In this document: positions 31,230 through 40,979 of the stretch, piece by piece | How the letters are laid out: the number at the start of each line of letters is the position of its first letter | Position numbering within the stretch: the stretch's first letter is position 1 | Source of the DNA: Candidatus Borrarchaeum weybense | GTDB taxonomy: Archaea; Asgardarchaeota; Sifarchaeia; Borrarchaeales; Borrarchaeaceae | Assembly (NCBI GenBank): GCA_019057385.1 | Contig: JAHQJS010000006.1 | Span: forward strand, 32,001 to 96,000 | Direction: 5' to 3' | DNA: 64,000 nucleotides | Notes under the pieces: generated by a model | The model's database searches: none | What the model was told of the DNA's origin: nothing | Seen by the model: only the letters and a program-made list of their open reading frames with translations | Program-made: the position numbers and the translations under genes

Positions 31230-32219
31230 TTAGTCGAACAATTCCTGTTTAGGGTAAGAATGAATAACGCAAGTATATAATGTGGCTCTACTAAATTTAA
31301 TCTTTTTCGCCTGAAAGTCTCTCTTTATTGCTATGCTTAAATCTCGATTATATGAACGTAAATCAAATTTTCTCTGCTTTAAATGTAAAAAATCCCTATG
31401 AAGGTCAAAAAAGTATTTATGGTGTACAGCATTACAGCTTTTACCTCCGAGAACAAACGTATAACAATTAGAAAAATCTGAATATAATGAGAGCATTCTG
31501 TTAATAGCCTGAAGAGTGTATTGTCGATAACCATGAACTCCATATGATCTTAAGGCCGATACAGGAGGTACAATGTGGATTTGTATGCAGGTATTATGAT
31601 TACGTTTTATTGAATCTCTTAATATAGCAAATAATTGAAGATCATTTCTATAGTGTTCTAAAAAGAAATTACTAATGATTAAATTTGTTTTTTTTGGTAT
31701 CTGTTTAATATTTTCAACATTGGCATTGATGACATTAAAACGAGAGTCTACTGCTCTCAATTTCTCCCATACCGCATAATTTTCCTCATATCCATTGTCG
31801 ATTCCAACATATTGTGAAACCTTTTGCGTCAAATTATCAATCCACTTAAAAAGTAAGCCATTTCCGCAACCTAGTTCAAGGACATGGAGACTGTCAAGCT
31901 CTGTCACAACTTTTTCCCAAGGGAAATAATTCAAAAAAAATCTAGCCATAAGACGCATAGGCGATGCGCGATCTACTTTCTTCTTTGACGGGTATTCATA
32001 ACATTCTGGAATAAAGCGACGCACATCTACTGCATGGTTATAAGAACGTGAAATAATATGATTGCTAATAAGATTAAACGTTATAAAAAAAAGCTTCTCT
32101 ATTTTTCCATGGATATAACAACCGTCTTTGTAAAAACAACGTGTATTCAATCCATCACGTCCATGACTTGATCTAATCCTATCTTTCAAAAGATGAAAGT
32201 TTATACCTATAATAGACAC
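31230..32219 (-). CDS. Class I SAM-dependent methyltransferase
   Basis: VLELGCGNG, YVGID, FLEH. Start position uncertain. Confidence 0.8.
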   Translation of the reverse strand: MSIIGINFHLLKDRIRSSHGRDGLNTRCFYKDGCYIHGKIEKLFFITFNLISNHIISRSYNHAVDVRRFIPECYEYPSKKKVDRASPMRLMARFFLNYFPWEKVVTELDSLHVLELGCGNGLLFKWIDNLTQKVSQYVGIDNGYEENYAVWEKLRAVDSRFNVINANVENIKQIPKKTNLIISNFFLEHYRNDLQLFAILRDSIKRNHNTCIQIHIVPPVSALRSYGVHGYRQYTLQAINRMLSLYSDFSNCYTFVLGGKSCNAVHHKYFFDLHRDFLHLKQRKFDLRSYNRDLSIAIKRDFQAKKIKFSRATLYTCVIHSYPKQELFD

Positions 32220-32406
32220 TGAAATCTGGATTTACCATTCTCCAAATTTCAATAATCCAACTGTCAGCCCTATCAATCATTACCAGAAGTTCCTCAAAAT
32301 GAGGTCTATTTTCTTCTGTTGCAGTCCCGTCGAGATCAGGAGTTACAATCATAATTCTACCACCGAGCTTTAGAATGTGCAGCAATTCTTTTAAGGCCGT
32401 CTTCAT
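32179..32406 (-). pseudogene. Methyltransferase C-terminal fragment
   Basis: ALKELLHILKLGGRIMIVTPD matches the 'E..RVLKPGG' post-motif, but no intact SAM-binding N-terminus lies upstream. Confidence 0.55.
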
Positions 32407-32849
32407 TCAAGGCCGCATTCTTGTTCTTAAAGGCAAGATTTTTAGTTTTTTATATTCGTTTGGATATCTTACAACTTATTCGTGCCTATGTTATCTCATC
32501 CATTGAAGTATAGTTTTAATTTCGTGAATTCCATCGTACGCAAACTATCACATATTCAGATTGTATAGTAAACTATGTCACTTTAAACTCCTTTACTTAA
32601 TAAACAAACTCCCTAAAGAATGGATTGTAAAATTGGTTTGCAAATGTGTTCAATGCGATCAACTTCCTAACAGATTTACGCACAAACTCGCTAAAGATCA
32701 ATTCCTAATCATTATATATTCAAAGGTAAGTTTGAAATTTTTAATATGCATATCATAACTCATTTCACTAGGGATGGTGATAAACAAAAGCTCAATAGTA
32801 ATTCATACTAAGAAGTATCTAAAACATGGTTATTTCCCATTTCAGCAAA

Positions 32850-32861
32850 CCCCCCCCCCCC
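32850..32861. repeat. C12 homopolymer tract
   Basis: 12 consecutive C in an AT-rich intergenic region between divergent genes. Confidence 0.9.
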
Positions 32862-33066
32862 AATTTATATCTGACAAGTCTGAATCGGAGAACTGGCAAT
32901 TTTCTAATTTGTTATATCTGAGAACATTTCTTTTACCTGATTCTGCCGAAAACTAAGGTTTAAATACAAATGTTACTATTTAAGAGCGATTTACAGATAT
33001 TAAAACATTTTATAAAGGATTTTCCGAAAAATTTGGTGGAAAATAACGAGCTTAGTTGGTGAACTT

Positions 33067-33984
33067 ATGCAGAGGGAGCTGAAAGAATTGCAGAATATAT
33101 ATTTGAAGTATTTAGAAGAAGGAAAAATACCTCTACCAAGGATAATCCATGTGGAAACTAGGTCTAAATGTAATGGGTTCTGCAGTTTCTGTCCCGCTTC
33201 AATTAACTCTGATAAGCGTAAGGATCTTTATATGCCAGATGAACTTATTGAAAAGGTTATCGAAGAATTGAGTGAGTTAGATTACCCTAATCGGTTATCA
33301 TTTTATAATAACAATGAGCCTTTTTTAGATAAGCGGATATTCGAAATTGTTAAATTAACTAGGGCGAAACTGCCTAAAGCATATTTAGAATTAAAGTCAA
33401 ATGGTACAGTATTAACGACCCAAAAAATCATTAGAATATTCAATGCCGGACTCGATATGCTTTACATTAATGATTATTCAAATAATAACCAGTTTAGGAA
33501 AAACGTCAAACAAATAATTGAAGATCTAAAACAGATAAGACGTTTTAAGGGTCATTTAGAGGAAAATCAGTATTTCAGCAGAATTAAAATTAAACTTAGA
33601 GATTTAAATGCTGTTTTAGGAACCAGAGCAGGAACAAGTCCCAACAAGCCATACAAGAAACCTCCCATGCAAAAAGTATGTTTTCGTTCTTTTGAGATGA
33701 TGGTCATAAATCCCGAGGGTGATGTTACTGTTTGTAGTGAAGATTTTTATCACAGTATAAACATGGGGAATATCAAAAAACAAACTTTATTTGAAATTTG
33801 GACATCTAAGGAATGGAATAATCTCAGGGGCAAATTAATTATTGGTGACCGTTTATGTACAGATGCTTGCTCAAAATGTGACTTTATGGGTTTTTCTCGT
33901 GAAATATTAAAGGAACACGAACTTTACAAAAAATATTCTAAGTTAGGAAAATTAAAAGCGTTTTATGATTCCTTATTCAATTAA
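33067..33984 (+). CDS. Radical SAM protein with SPASM/twitch domain
   Basis: CNGFCSFC, NEPFLD, SNG; C-terminal CFRSF...GDVTVCSED...GNI...CSKC. Confidence 0.9.
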   Translation: MQRELKELQNIYLKYLEEGKIPLPRIIHVETRSKCNGFCSFCPASINSDKRKDLYMPDELIEKVIEELSELDYPNRLSFYNNNEPFLDKRIFEIVKLTRAKLPKAYLELKSNGTVLTTQKIIRIFNAGLDMLYINDYSNNNQFRKNVKQIIEDLKQIRRFKGHLEENQYFSRIKIKLRDLNAVLGTRAGTSPNKPYKKPPMQKVCFRSFEMMVINPEGDVTVCSEDFYHSINMGNIKKQTLFEIWTSKEWNNLRGKLIIGDRLCTDACSKCDFMGFSREILKEHELYKKYSKLGKLKAFYDSLFN

Positions 33985-33997
33985 ATATTGAAACTGA

Positions 33998-34978
33998 GTG
34001 AGTATGTCGCAAAAAATATTATTTGCAGTAATAGGTACATCCGGCATAGCCTCAGACCATATAAGAGCTCTACAAAATTCTCCTAAGGCTGATGTAGTTT
34101 TCATTTACAGTCGAGATATTGACAGATCCATGCAATTTGCAGAGGGTTTTGGGTTGACCCCTGTCAAGTTATATGAGGAGATTTTAAATGATAAAACAAT
34201 CGACGCCGTAGATATTGTGACAGAACCTAGCAGACATGCTAAACTTGCATTAGAAGCTATAAAATATGGGAAACATGTTTTAATTGAGAAACCGTTAGAC
34301 ACCGATATCACATTAGCTGAAAAATTGATGGTAGAGGCTGAAAAATCCCCCAAAATAACAAGCGTAATATCACAAAAGCGTTTTGAACCAACTATAAAGT
34401 CCATGAAAGAAGAACTTGAAAGAGGGTCAATAGGACGACCATATTTAGCAGAAGTTAAATTATTGTGGGAAAGAACCAACGAATATTATCGTCACGGTAA
34501 CGGATGGAGGAGTACTTTAGGCAACGTCTTAATCAATCAGGCTATACATTGGATCGATATTGGGCTCTGGTTTTTTGGTCTCCCAAATAAAGTGCAATCA
34601 TTAACTACAAAAGTTAAAGAAAGCATATCTTGTTATGATACTGCAATATGCTGCCTGAAATTTACCAGAAATGTTTTGTTTAATCTAGTTTGCTCTACTG
34701 CTGTTCAGAAGAGTCAACCAGAAGAATTCAGAATATATGGAACAAAAGGTATCCTCGATTATAATGTGCGAAAGAACTCAAAGTTAAGGAACAAATTCTC
34801 CATACTAAATAAGGCAATCAGTTTTCTAAATCCGATTAAAAGTCCTCTCCAATGCCAGATAGATGAGTTTGTCGATTCAATAATCAGTAAAAAATCTCCA
34901 TTGGTTTCTGTTAAAGATGCTTATGCTGCCTTGAAAATAGCAAAAATTTGCGAAGAAGAGAACGTAGCAAAGAAATAA
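33998..34978 (+). CDS. Gfo/Idh/MocA family oxidoreductase
   Basis: VIGTSGIA, HVLIEKP, NQAIHWID. Confidence 0.9.
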   Translation: MSMSQKILFAVIGTSGIASDHIRALQNSPKADVVFIYSRDIDRSMQFAEGFGLTPVKLYEEILNDKTIDAVDIVTEPSRHAKLALEAIKYGKHVLIEKPLDTDITLAEKLMVEAEKSPKITSVISQKRFEPTIKSMKEELERGSIGRPYLAEVKLLWERTNEYYRHGNGWRSTLGNVLINQAIHWIDIGLWFFGLPNKVQSLTTKVKESISCYDTAICCLKFTRNVLFNLVCSTAVQKSQPEEFRIYGTKGILDYNVRKNSKLRNKFSILNKAISFLNPIKSPLQCQIDEFVDSIISKKSPLVSVKDAYAALKIAKICEEENVAKK

Positions 34979-35155
34979 AAGGACTGAAATATAAAAAAAT
35001 AACAATTTTTAAAGCCCTTAAAGAAGTTTTTGAAATCAATATTATCATTTACTAATGAAAACCAACTGAATCGATTTATCGAGTGAAATAAACTACGGAA
35101 ATCAATTTAAAATGTAAATCATCATTTTCTTAGATTTCTAAGTTCACTTAAAGCG

Positions 35156-36421
35156 CTATTGGGATTTTTCATCGTATTCAGTACGCCTTGCTTCCATCAT
35201 TTTTATCATATCTGATAAAAATCCAAAGAGGACTAACTGAAGACTTGAAATGATAAGTGTGGCTACCAAGACTACAGAACCTATCCCGAAAAGCCTTCCT
35301 GTTCTTAATGTTTCAAATAATACATAAAGACCATAAATCAATCCAGTTAAGAAAAATACGAGTCCGGTAAAACTGAATAAGTAAATACCTCTATGAAAAT
35401 AGAGTTTCCTTTGTGTTCCACGAAAGAGTATAGTAAGTACTCTTAAGATGTATTTAGGCAGATTAATATAGGACTTCCTTGTCCCATAAATAGTTTTAAC
35501 TGGAACGAATTTAACTTGCACTCCCTTTACACTGCATTCGATCAGGATGTCATTTGGAATTCCCCAGCGATCTGAAAGAAATTCCAGATTAATCCTTTTT
35601 AGCGCATCTCTCGAAATTGCTGTATATCCACATTGAGAGTCCTTAACGTCATAATCTGTAATTGCACTTGTTAAAAAACTGAGAAATCTATTTCCAATAT
35701 ATCTAAAATGTGGCATTCCCTTTTCTACTGGACGTCCACTCAGTCTCTCTCCAACCACATAATCAGCATCTCCTCTTACAATAGGTTCAATAACTGTGGA
35801 AATTTCCGTTGGATCATGTTGACCATCACCTGCAACTACTATGGCAATATCGTCATTATTTCGTAGTGCTTCTTTGTAACCTGTTTTAATACTTGCGCCA
35901 ACACCTCTATTCTTTACATGACGAATAACGGAAGTAGCACCTGCTGCCAAGGCTTCTCCTGCAGTATTATCTGTGCTATGGTCATCTATGACAATGATGT
36001 CTTGAACGATATCTTTAGGTATCTTCTTTACCACTTTGCCAATTCTGCCTTCTTCATTGTATGCAGGAATGGCTACTGCAATTTTTAGACGTCTTTGTGA
36101 TGTCATAACCTTTTGAAATTCCTTTGCCACAAGTTCTTTCTCTGGCGCTCTCTTTTTTCTATAAATTAATCTTTTAACCCCGCCTGCTAGGAACAGTACG
36201 ACGCCTACAATAAATGAAATCCAAGCTACTGCAGCAAAATATGCTAAAAAGCCAAATGAACTAAGATAAAGGAGTGGCCAAGTAAGTAAAAAGTTCAGAT
36301 AACCAAAATAAAATTGAATGTGACTAAGAATGAAGAAGAGTATAGCGGCAAGTCCAAAAATAATGATACATATAATTGAAAGCATAAATGCAATGATACT
36401 TAAAAACCATAATTTTGACAT
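35156..36421 (-). CDS. DPM1-like GT2 (polyprenol-phosphate glycosyltransferase) with N- and C-terminal TM helices
   Basis: IPAYNEE, DDHSTD, NRGVG, GDGQHDP, DSQCGY. Confidence 0.88.
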   Translation of the reverse strand: MSKLWFLSIIAFMLSIICIIIFGLAAILFFILSHIQFYFGYLNFLLTWPLLYLSSFGFLAYFAAVAWISFIVGVVLFLAGGVKRLIYRKKRAPEKELVAKEFQKVMTSQRRLKIAVAIPAYNEEGRIGKVVKKIPKDIVQDIIVIDDHSTDNTAGEALAAGATSVIRHVKNRGVGASIKTGYKEALRNNDDIAIVVAGDGQHDPTEISTVIEPIVRGDADYVVGERLSGRPVEKGMPHFRYIGNRFLSFLTSAITDYDVKDSQCGYTAISRDALKRINLEFLSDRWGIPNDILIECSVKGVQVKFVPVKTIYGTRKSYINLPKYILRVLTILFRGTQRKLYFHRGIYLFSFTGLVFFLTGLIYGLYVLFETLRTGRLFGIGSVVLVATLIISSLQLVLFGFLSDMIKMMEARRTEYDEKSQ

Positions 36422-36571
36422 TTAGCTAACCCTTTCTATTCAACTCTCCTGTCATACTCACATATTCGTGACCCACTTAACTCCTTAGCACTAATTTAAG
36501 TGTTTTGTAAAGAATTCTGAAAATAACGGTTTATACCTCTAAAACTTCATGTGAGTTACATAAGACTTCTT

Positions 36572-38314
36572 CTACGTGCTGAATTCGAATATTATCATAC
36601 CTGCAGTTCTATAAATTTCTTTAAAATAGTTATTTGCCTTAATTAGTTGCGCAACGGCGTCGATTTCCAAGACGATATAGTTAATGTTATTTTGAGAGCA
36701 AAATATTGCCAGTTCTGATGGAGCAAGATCATAAAGGCTTTGGTTTAAGATAATGCTTCTAGGATATAAAATAGAATAATATGGATGAGAATCTTCGCTT
36801 AATACCAAGATTACTGCATTTTCAGGGGAATTATCACATAGCCAAAGAGCAGCCGCTACATCTTCAGATCTGTGATACCTAGAAATGGTTGTATGGTATC
36901 CTACTACCATTCCAAAATAAATCTGATACACTAAACACATTACAATAAAAAAGTGAAGCATGTAAGATTTTATATTGCCTTTTTGATTTAGAGGCGTTAA
37001 AACCTTACCGAATGCTTTTATCGTACTCCATAAACCTTGTGCGGCTAAAGTAGACGCAAAAACAGAGAAAACGGGATAAATCCTTATGTTCATCCACCAA
37101 TATGGTAAATTGATAAAGTTAATTAGAATGAATGAATATAAAAAACACATTGGATAAAACATTCGTTCAGATGAGCGATTTAAAAGAAAATAGATTACTC
37201 CAATAAATGAGAACGCTAAACTATAGCCAAATGTCCAGTATGAATTTGTGTAAGAATTATGAAAAAACGAAATATTTGCACTAAAGGTACTAGATAAAAT
37301 ATAACTCAAAATTGTTTGAGTAAAATTCGGCAGAAGTAAACCTGCACTAATTATTGATAAAACTGTCATAACTGAAATTCTATAAGGTTTAGTTAATACA
37401 ATATAAAGAAGCGCTGGTACTACAACTGGTCCAAAACAACTAAAGCTGATTAACCCTAACCCTAGTATGGTCAGCAGTCCAAGAATTTCTGCTTTCAGAT
37501 CTTTTTCGATAATAAATAGGGCTAAAACTGCAATTAGAAACAATCCAACTGATTCTGTAATATAGATTTTCCCCCTCCAAATTACTAATTGTGAGGTCCC
37601 ATAAACAAGGACTGAGTAGATAGCGAACTTATCTGAATTAAGAAGTTTTTTGGAAGCAGTATATACCCCTAGACATTGTAAAAAATATAGAAATGTCCCT
37701 ATATAAAATACTATATAATAAGAATTTATCAAATTAGGCAGAATCATCAATGCTAAAAAATATGCCGCTCCACGTGGGAACCATCCCAAATAGTCATACT
37801 CCCAAGATCCAGTTTCGGCTTGAATATGCCCAGTTACCGCTATCTTCTTACTTTCAATGAGCCAGAACCATGGATCCCTCGCAGGCAAAACGATGCTCTT
37901 TAATAAATCATTTAATATGAAAAATACAATGAAGCATAAAACTAATAGTAGAAGTACATTCGATGTATTTATTTTACTAACTTTTAATTTGATAAGTAGA
38001 TCTTTCCCTACATCCCTTTTGAGTTTATGTCTTACATTTTTTAATAAATGAAAAATATCTTTGTGATAAAGTAGAATTACAAGACATGGAAATGGTAGAA
38101 TGGATGTTGTCAACGTTACTAAGTTAATGATTAAAAATTCATCTAGAAGATAACTAACTATTACTAAATAACTGATTCCTATCCCTATTGCTAGAATAAA
38201 TAGTTCTAGGGTTTCGTATCTTTTGAGATCTCGATATAAAATGCTCAATATAGAAAGTCCTGGAATAGTTGTGATGCCTATAAACCAAACAAGAAGTAAT
38301 ATGATATTAATCAA
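36572..38314 (-). CDS. Polytopic membrane protein, GT-C-like
   Basis: RDPW, FPRG, about 12 TM helices; C-terminal WLCDNSPENAVIL...NINYIV domain. Confidence 0.65.
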   Translation of the reverse strand: MINIILLLVWFIGITTIPGLSILSILYRDLKRYETLELFILAIGIGISYLVIVSYLLDEFLIINLVTLTTSILPFPCLVILLYHKDIFHLLKNVRHKLKRDVGKDLLIKLKVSKINTSNVLLLLVLCFIVFFILNDLLKSIVLPARDPWFWLIESKKIAVTGHIQAETGSWEYDYLGWFPRGAAYFLALMILPNLINSYYIVFYIGTFLYFLQCLGVYTASKKLLNSDKFAIYSVLVYGTSQLVIWRGKIYITESVGLFLIAVLALFIIEKDLKAEILGLLTILGLGLISFSCFGPVVVPALLYIVLTKPYRISVMTVLSIISAGLLLPNFTQTILSYILSSTFSANISFFHNSYTNSYWTFGYSLAFSFIGVIYFLLNRSSERMFYPMCFLYSFILINFINLPYWWMNIRIYPVFSVFASTLAAQGLWSTIKAFGKVLTPLNQKGNIKSYMLHFFIVMCLVYQIYFGMVVGYHTTISRYHRSEDVAAALWLCDNSPENAVILVLSEDSHPYYSILYPRSIILNQSLYDLAPSELAIFCSQNNINYIVLEIDAVAQLIKANNYFKEIYRTAGMIIFEFST

Positions 38315-38736
38315 ACTTGAACCTCTTTAATGCCGTATCAAATCCAGTTTACAGACTTTTTCCATGCAGACGAGAAGAATCCGCAAGTTTGCACATCTTC
38401 CTTCATAAATTGGTTTTAAATATTTCCTCTTTCAACCTAAAGAGGATTTTTCTAACTTTTGATACGATTTAAAATATCGAGAATTAACAGTATCAAACAA
38501 AATAACAAATCTTCACGTTTTTGTAAAGATAAATAGTTGTCCAATAGCATTCTGGTTTCTTCTTTTTAATGTTTCATCCATTAGACATTCATTAAGGTAT
38601 ATTAAATGTGTACTATGGTATTTTTTTCTTGTATAAAGAAATAATGCAAAAGTTGTTTTTTTTCCTTCTAAGAAAATAGAGAGTTCCAATTCGACATATA
38701 ATTCAGCAAACTGCTTGAATATTGTCTCCTATTAAG

Positions 38737-39723
38737 TCAAATATCGTGTATTATGCCTCTAATGAATCCAAGAGACCAGCCAAAAAATTCTACAACAAAG
38801 ATGAGCACTAAAAATAAAAAAAACTTACGATTTAGATTATTTTGAATAACTAAATGTGTTGAAAACGCCAAAATTACAAGGAAATAAGTCATAATCGCGC
38901 CTAAAACTACGATGAAAAGAATGTGCCAATTAAATGCCAATACTATTAGTATTATTATTGAAATCAATTCTAAAGAGGGGAGTATGTGTATCCATTCTAT
39001 TAATTTTGTATTCTTTTTGGCTAATTGAGCTCTTCCTATTGCATATCTGAATATTTGTCTGAAAAATGCTCGTGGTGTAGCTCTATGATAATGAAAAACC
39101 TTTGCAGAAGGAATATACAATATTTTGTAGCCTTGTCCCCTAAGTCTTTGATTCAATTCTGCATCTTCTGCCGTTATCAAACTCTCATTAAATAGTCCAA
39201 TTTCATTGAAGATATCTTTATAATAGGCCGCGTTGCAACCAGGAGCACTCTTAACGTATTTATTTCCTCTTAAGACCTTAGTATGGGTAGACGTACCTCC
39301 TCCCAAAGGGGTCGATAATGCAAGTCCAACCGCTTTAGAAAAATTATCTAAGTCTGGCGGGATGGTATTTGGACCCGTTGCGCAAACAATGCCTTTATTT
39401 CTATCTAATGCTAAAACCAAATCATCTAACCAATTTTTTTCAACTATGCAATCACCATCTGTAAAGGCAATTATGTCACCTTCTGCAATCTTAATTCCTT
39501 CATTACATGCCCCCGCTCGCGTTCCCTTATTCTCATAAATTATCCTTATGTCATATTTGGATGCAATGCGTATAGTATCATCTGTTGAATGTCCATCTAC
39601 GATTATTACTTCTTTTTTTGAATAATTCAAATTGAATATGGACTTTAAACAATTTTCTATTGTTCTCTCATTATTTTTTGTTGGTAAGATAATGCTCACA
39701 AGGGGATTTTTGAAAACATCCAC
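38737..39723 (-). CDS. GT2 glycosyltransferase with C-terminal TM helices
   Basis: VDGHSTD, FTDGDC, AEDAELNQR, QIFRY. Confidence 0.9.
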   Translation of the reverse strand: MDVFKNPLVSIILPTKNNERTIENCLKSIFNLNYSKKEVIIVDGHSTDDTIRIASKYDIRIIYENKGTRAGACNEGIKIAEGDIIAFTDGDCIVEKNWLDDLVLALDRNKGIVCATGPNTIPPDLDNFSKAVGLALSTPLGGGTSTHTKVLRGNKYVKSAPGCNAAYYKDIFNEIGLFNESLITAEDAELNQRLRGQGYKILYIPSAKVFHYHRATPRAFFRQIFRYAIGRAQLAKKNTKLIEWIHILPSLELISIIILIVLAFNWHILFIVVLGAIMTYFLVILAFSTHLVIQNNLNRKFFLFLVLIFVVEFFGWSLGFIRGIIHDI

Positions 39724-39919
39724 TTTTTTCCAATCCTAAATATTCCAATTAAAGAATCGTTAATACACATTTCCAAAATATTGTTTTCGTTCCGCTACTT
39801 ATATTTGTAGAAGAATGATCATTTTTCCATAGAATTAAATTCATATATCATCCGTCAGCCCCTTCGGCTCTATTAGGACTCGATTATAACATTACCACAT
39901 GAATTAGTTTGATATTTGT

Positions 39920-39987
39920 ACCGTTCCTTTCATTATAGACATCTCTTACAGAGTGACTATTTGAATATTAACAGTTACACACCCTAG
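39920..39987 (-). repeat. Short intergenic sequence homologous to the flanks and right end of the 51.6-51.9 kb element
   Basis: GTAAGAGATGTCTATAATGAAAGGAACGGT matches 51899-51928 with one mismatch; CTAGGGTGTGTAACTGTTAA resembles 51551-51570. Confidence 0.75.
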
Positions 39988-39997
39988 ATGCTCATCT

Positions 39998-40741
39998 CTA
40001 TTTACAAAAAGCAATTCCAATATTTCTAAAAATCCAATAGTTCAAGTGATGTCTTTCACAAAAAATTAGAAAAGCATTCTTCAGAAAAGGTAAACTTACA
40101 ACATCATGCGATGATAGTACTCCATTTTGATTTACATGTTTAAAAGCTATATTATATTCCCAATACATGTGCTCTAATGTATGAAGACTATCATGAAAAA
40201 AGAGGTCTATGTGACTTAGCTGATTTAGCAATTTAGGGAGTAACACGGTGCTATCCCCGATAATTAATTCCCACCTATCTAAGGCTGCTTCTCGAACAAG
40301 AAAACCTTTAGGCGGCATATTTGGATCATGAGGGAGATCGATACTATATAATTTACCGGATCCGTTTTTCTTTATTGCCTCAAGGATATGAGAACTGGAT
40401 GCACCGTATAAAGTACCTGTTTCAACGACAATACTTGGCTTTAGTGCCCGGACTAATAAATATAGAGTTTCGCAATCAAAATTGAAAGTTGTGTCACTAC
40501 TGTGTCCAATCATTTTAATCAATTCAGATTTCTTAGAATCATACCAGGATTTAAATTCCGAATTAAGATATGCGGAATAAAAGGTCTTTGCGTCAACATC
40601 AAAATTTGTAGATAAAAACTCTAAGAAATTAGCACGTTCTTTGGTGTCTGGAGTTCTTTGTTCGATTAAAAGTTTATATAATTTTGTAAGCACCTGAGTT
40701 GGATACCTGATCGATTTCAATAGTAGTTTATGGTTTTTCAT
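39998..40741 (-). CDS. Class I SAM-dependent methyltransferase (Methyltransf_24-like)
   Basis: VVETGTLYGASS, LYSIDLP, IGDS, FHDSLH, HDV. Confidence 0.88.
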   Translation of the reverse strand: MKNHKLLLKSIRYPTQVLTKLYKLLIEQRTPDTKERANFLEFLSTNFDVDAKTFYSAYLNSEFKSWYDSKKSELIKMIGHSSDTTFNFDCETLYLLVRALKPSIVVETGTLYGASSSHILEAIKKNGSGKLYSIDLPHDPNMPPKGFLVREAALDRWELIIGDSTVLLPKLLNQLSHIDLFFHDSLHTLEHMYWEYNIAFKHVNQNGVLSSHDVVSLPFLKNAFLIFCERHHLNYWIFRNIGIAFCK

Positions 40742-40979
40742 TTTTTTTAACTACTTCCATATTCTAACGTCCCCATATTTACAAGATCTGGGGCGCAAAA
40801 TATCTTACAGAGATCTATATCAATTTTTTTCAAAATTGTCCATTGTTTTTTAATTCACAAATCACTTTTTATTTTTCGTTTTAAGAGATTATTTCTGACA
40901 TTAAATCAACATATAATTAGTTTAAAGACTTTTGATAAGAAATCGAAACTAACCACAGAGTACCATGCTTTTTTTCTTC

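Noticed and set aside
38320-38730. Possible decayed gene between GT2 and the membrane protein
   Set aside because: SD-like AGGAG and coding-like fragments, but no motif strong enough to name a family.
39954-40812. Methyltransferase as an integron cassette (TCTAACGTCCCCATATTTAC half-site; 10-bp TCTTACAGAG direct repeat on both sides)
   Set aside because: No complete paired attC could be built by eye and no integrase or cassette array is present. An attC covariance search would settle it.
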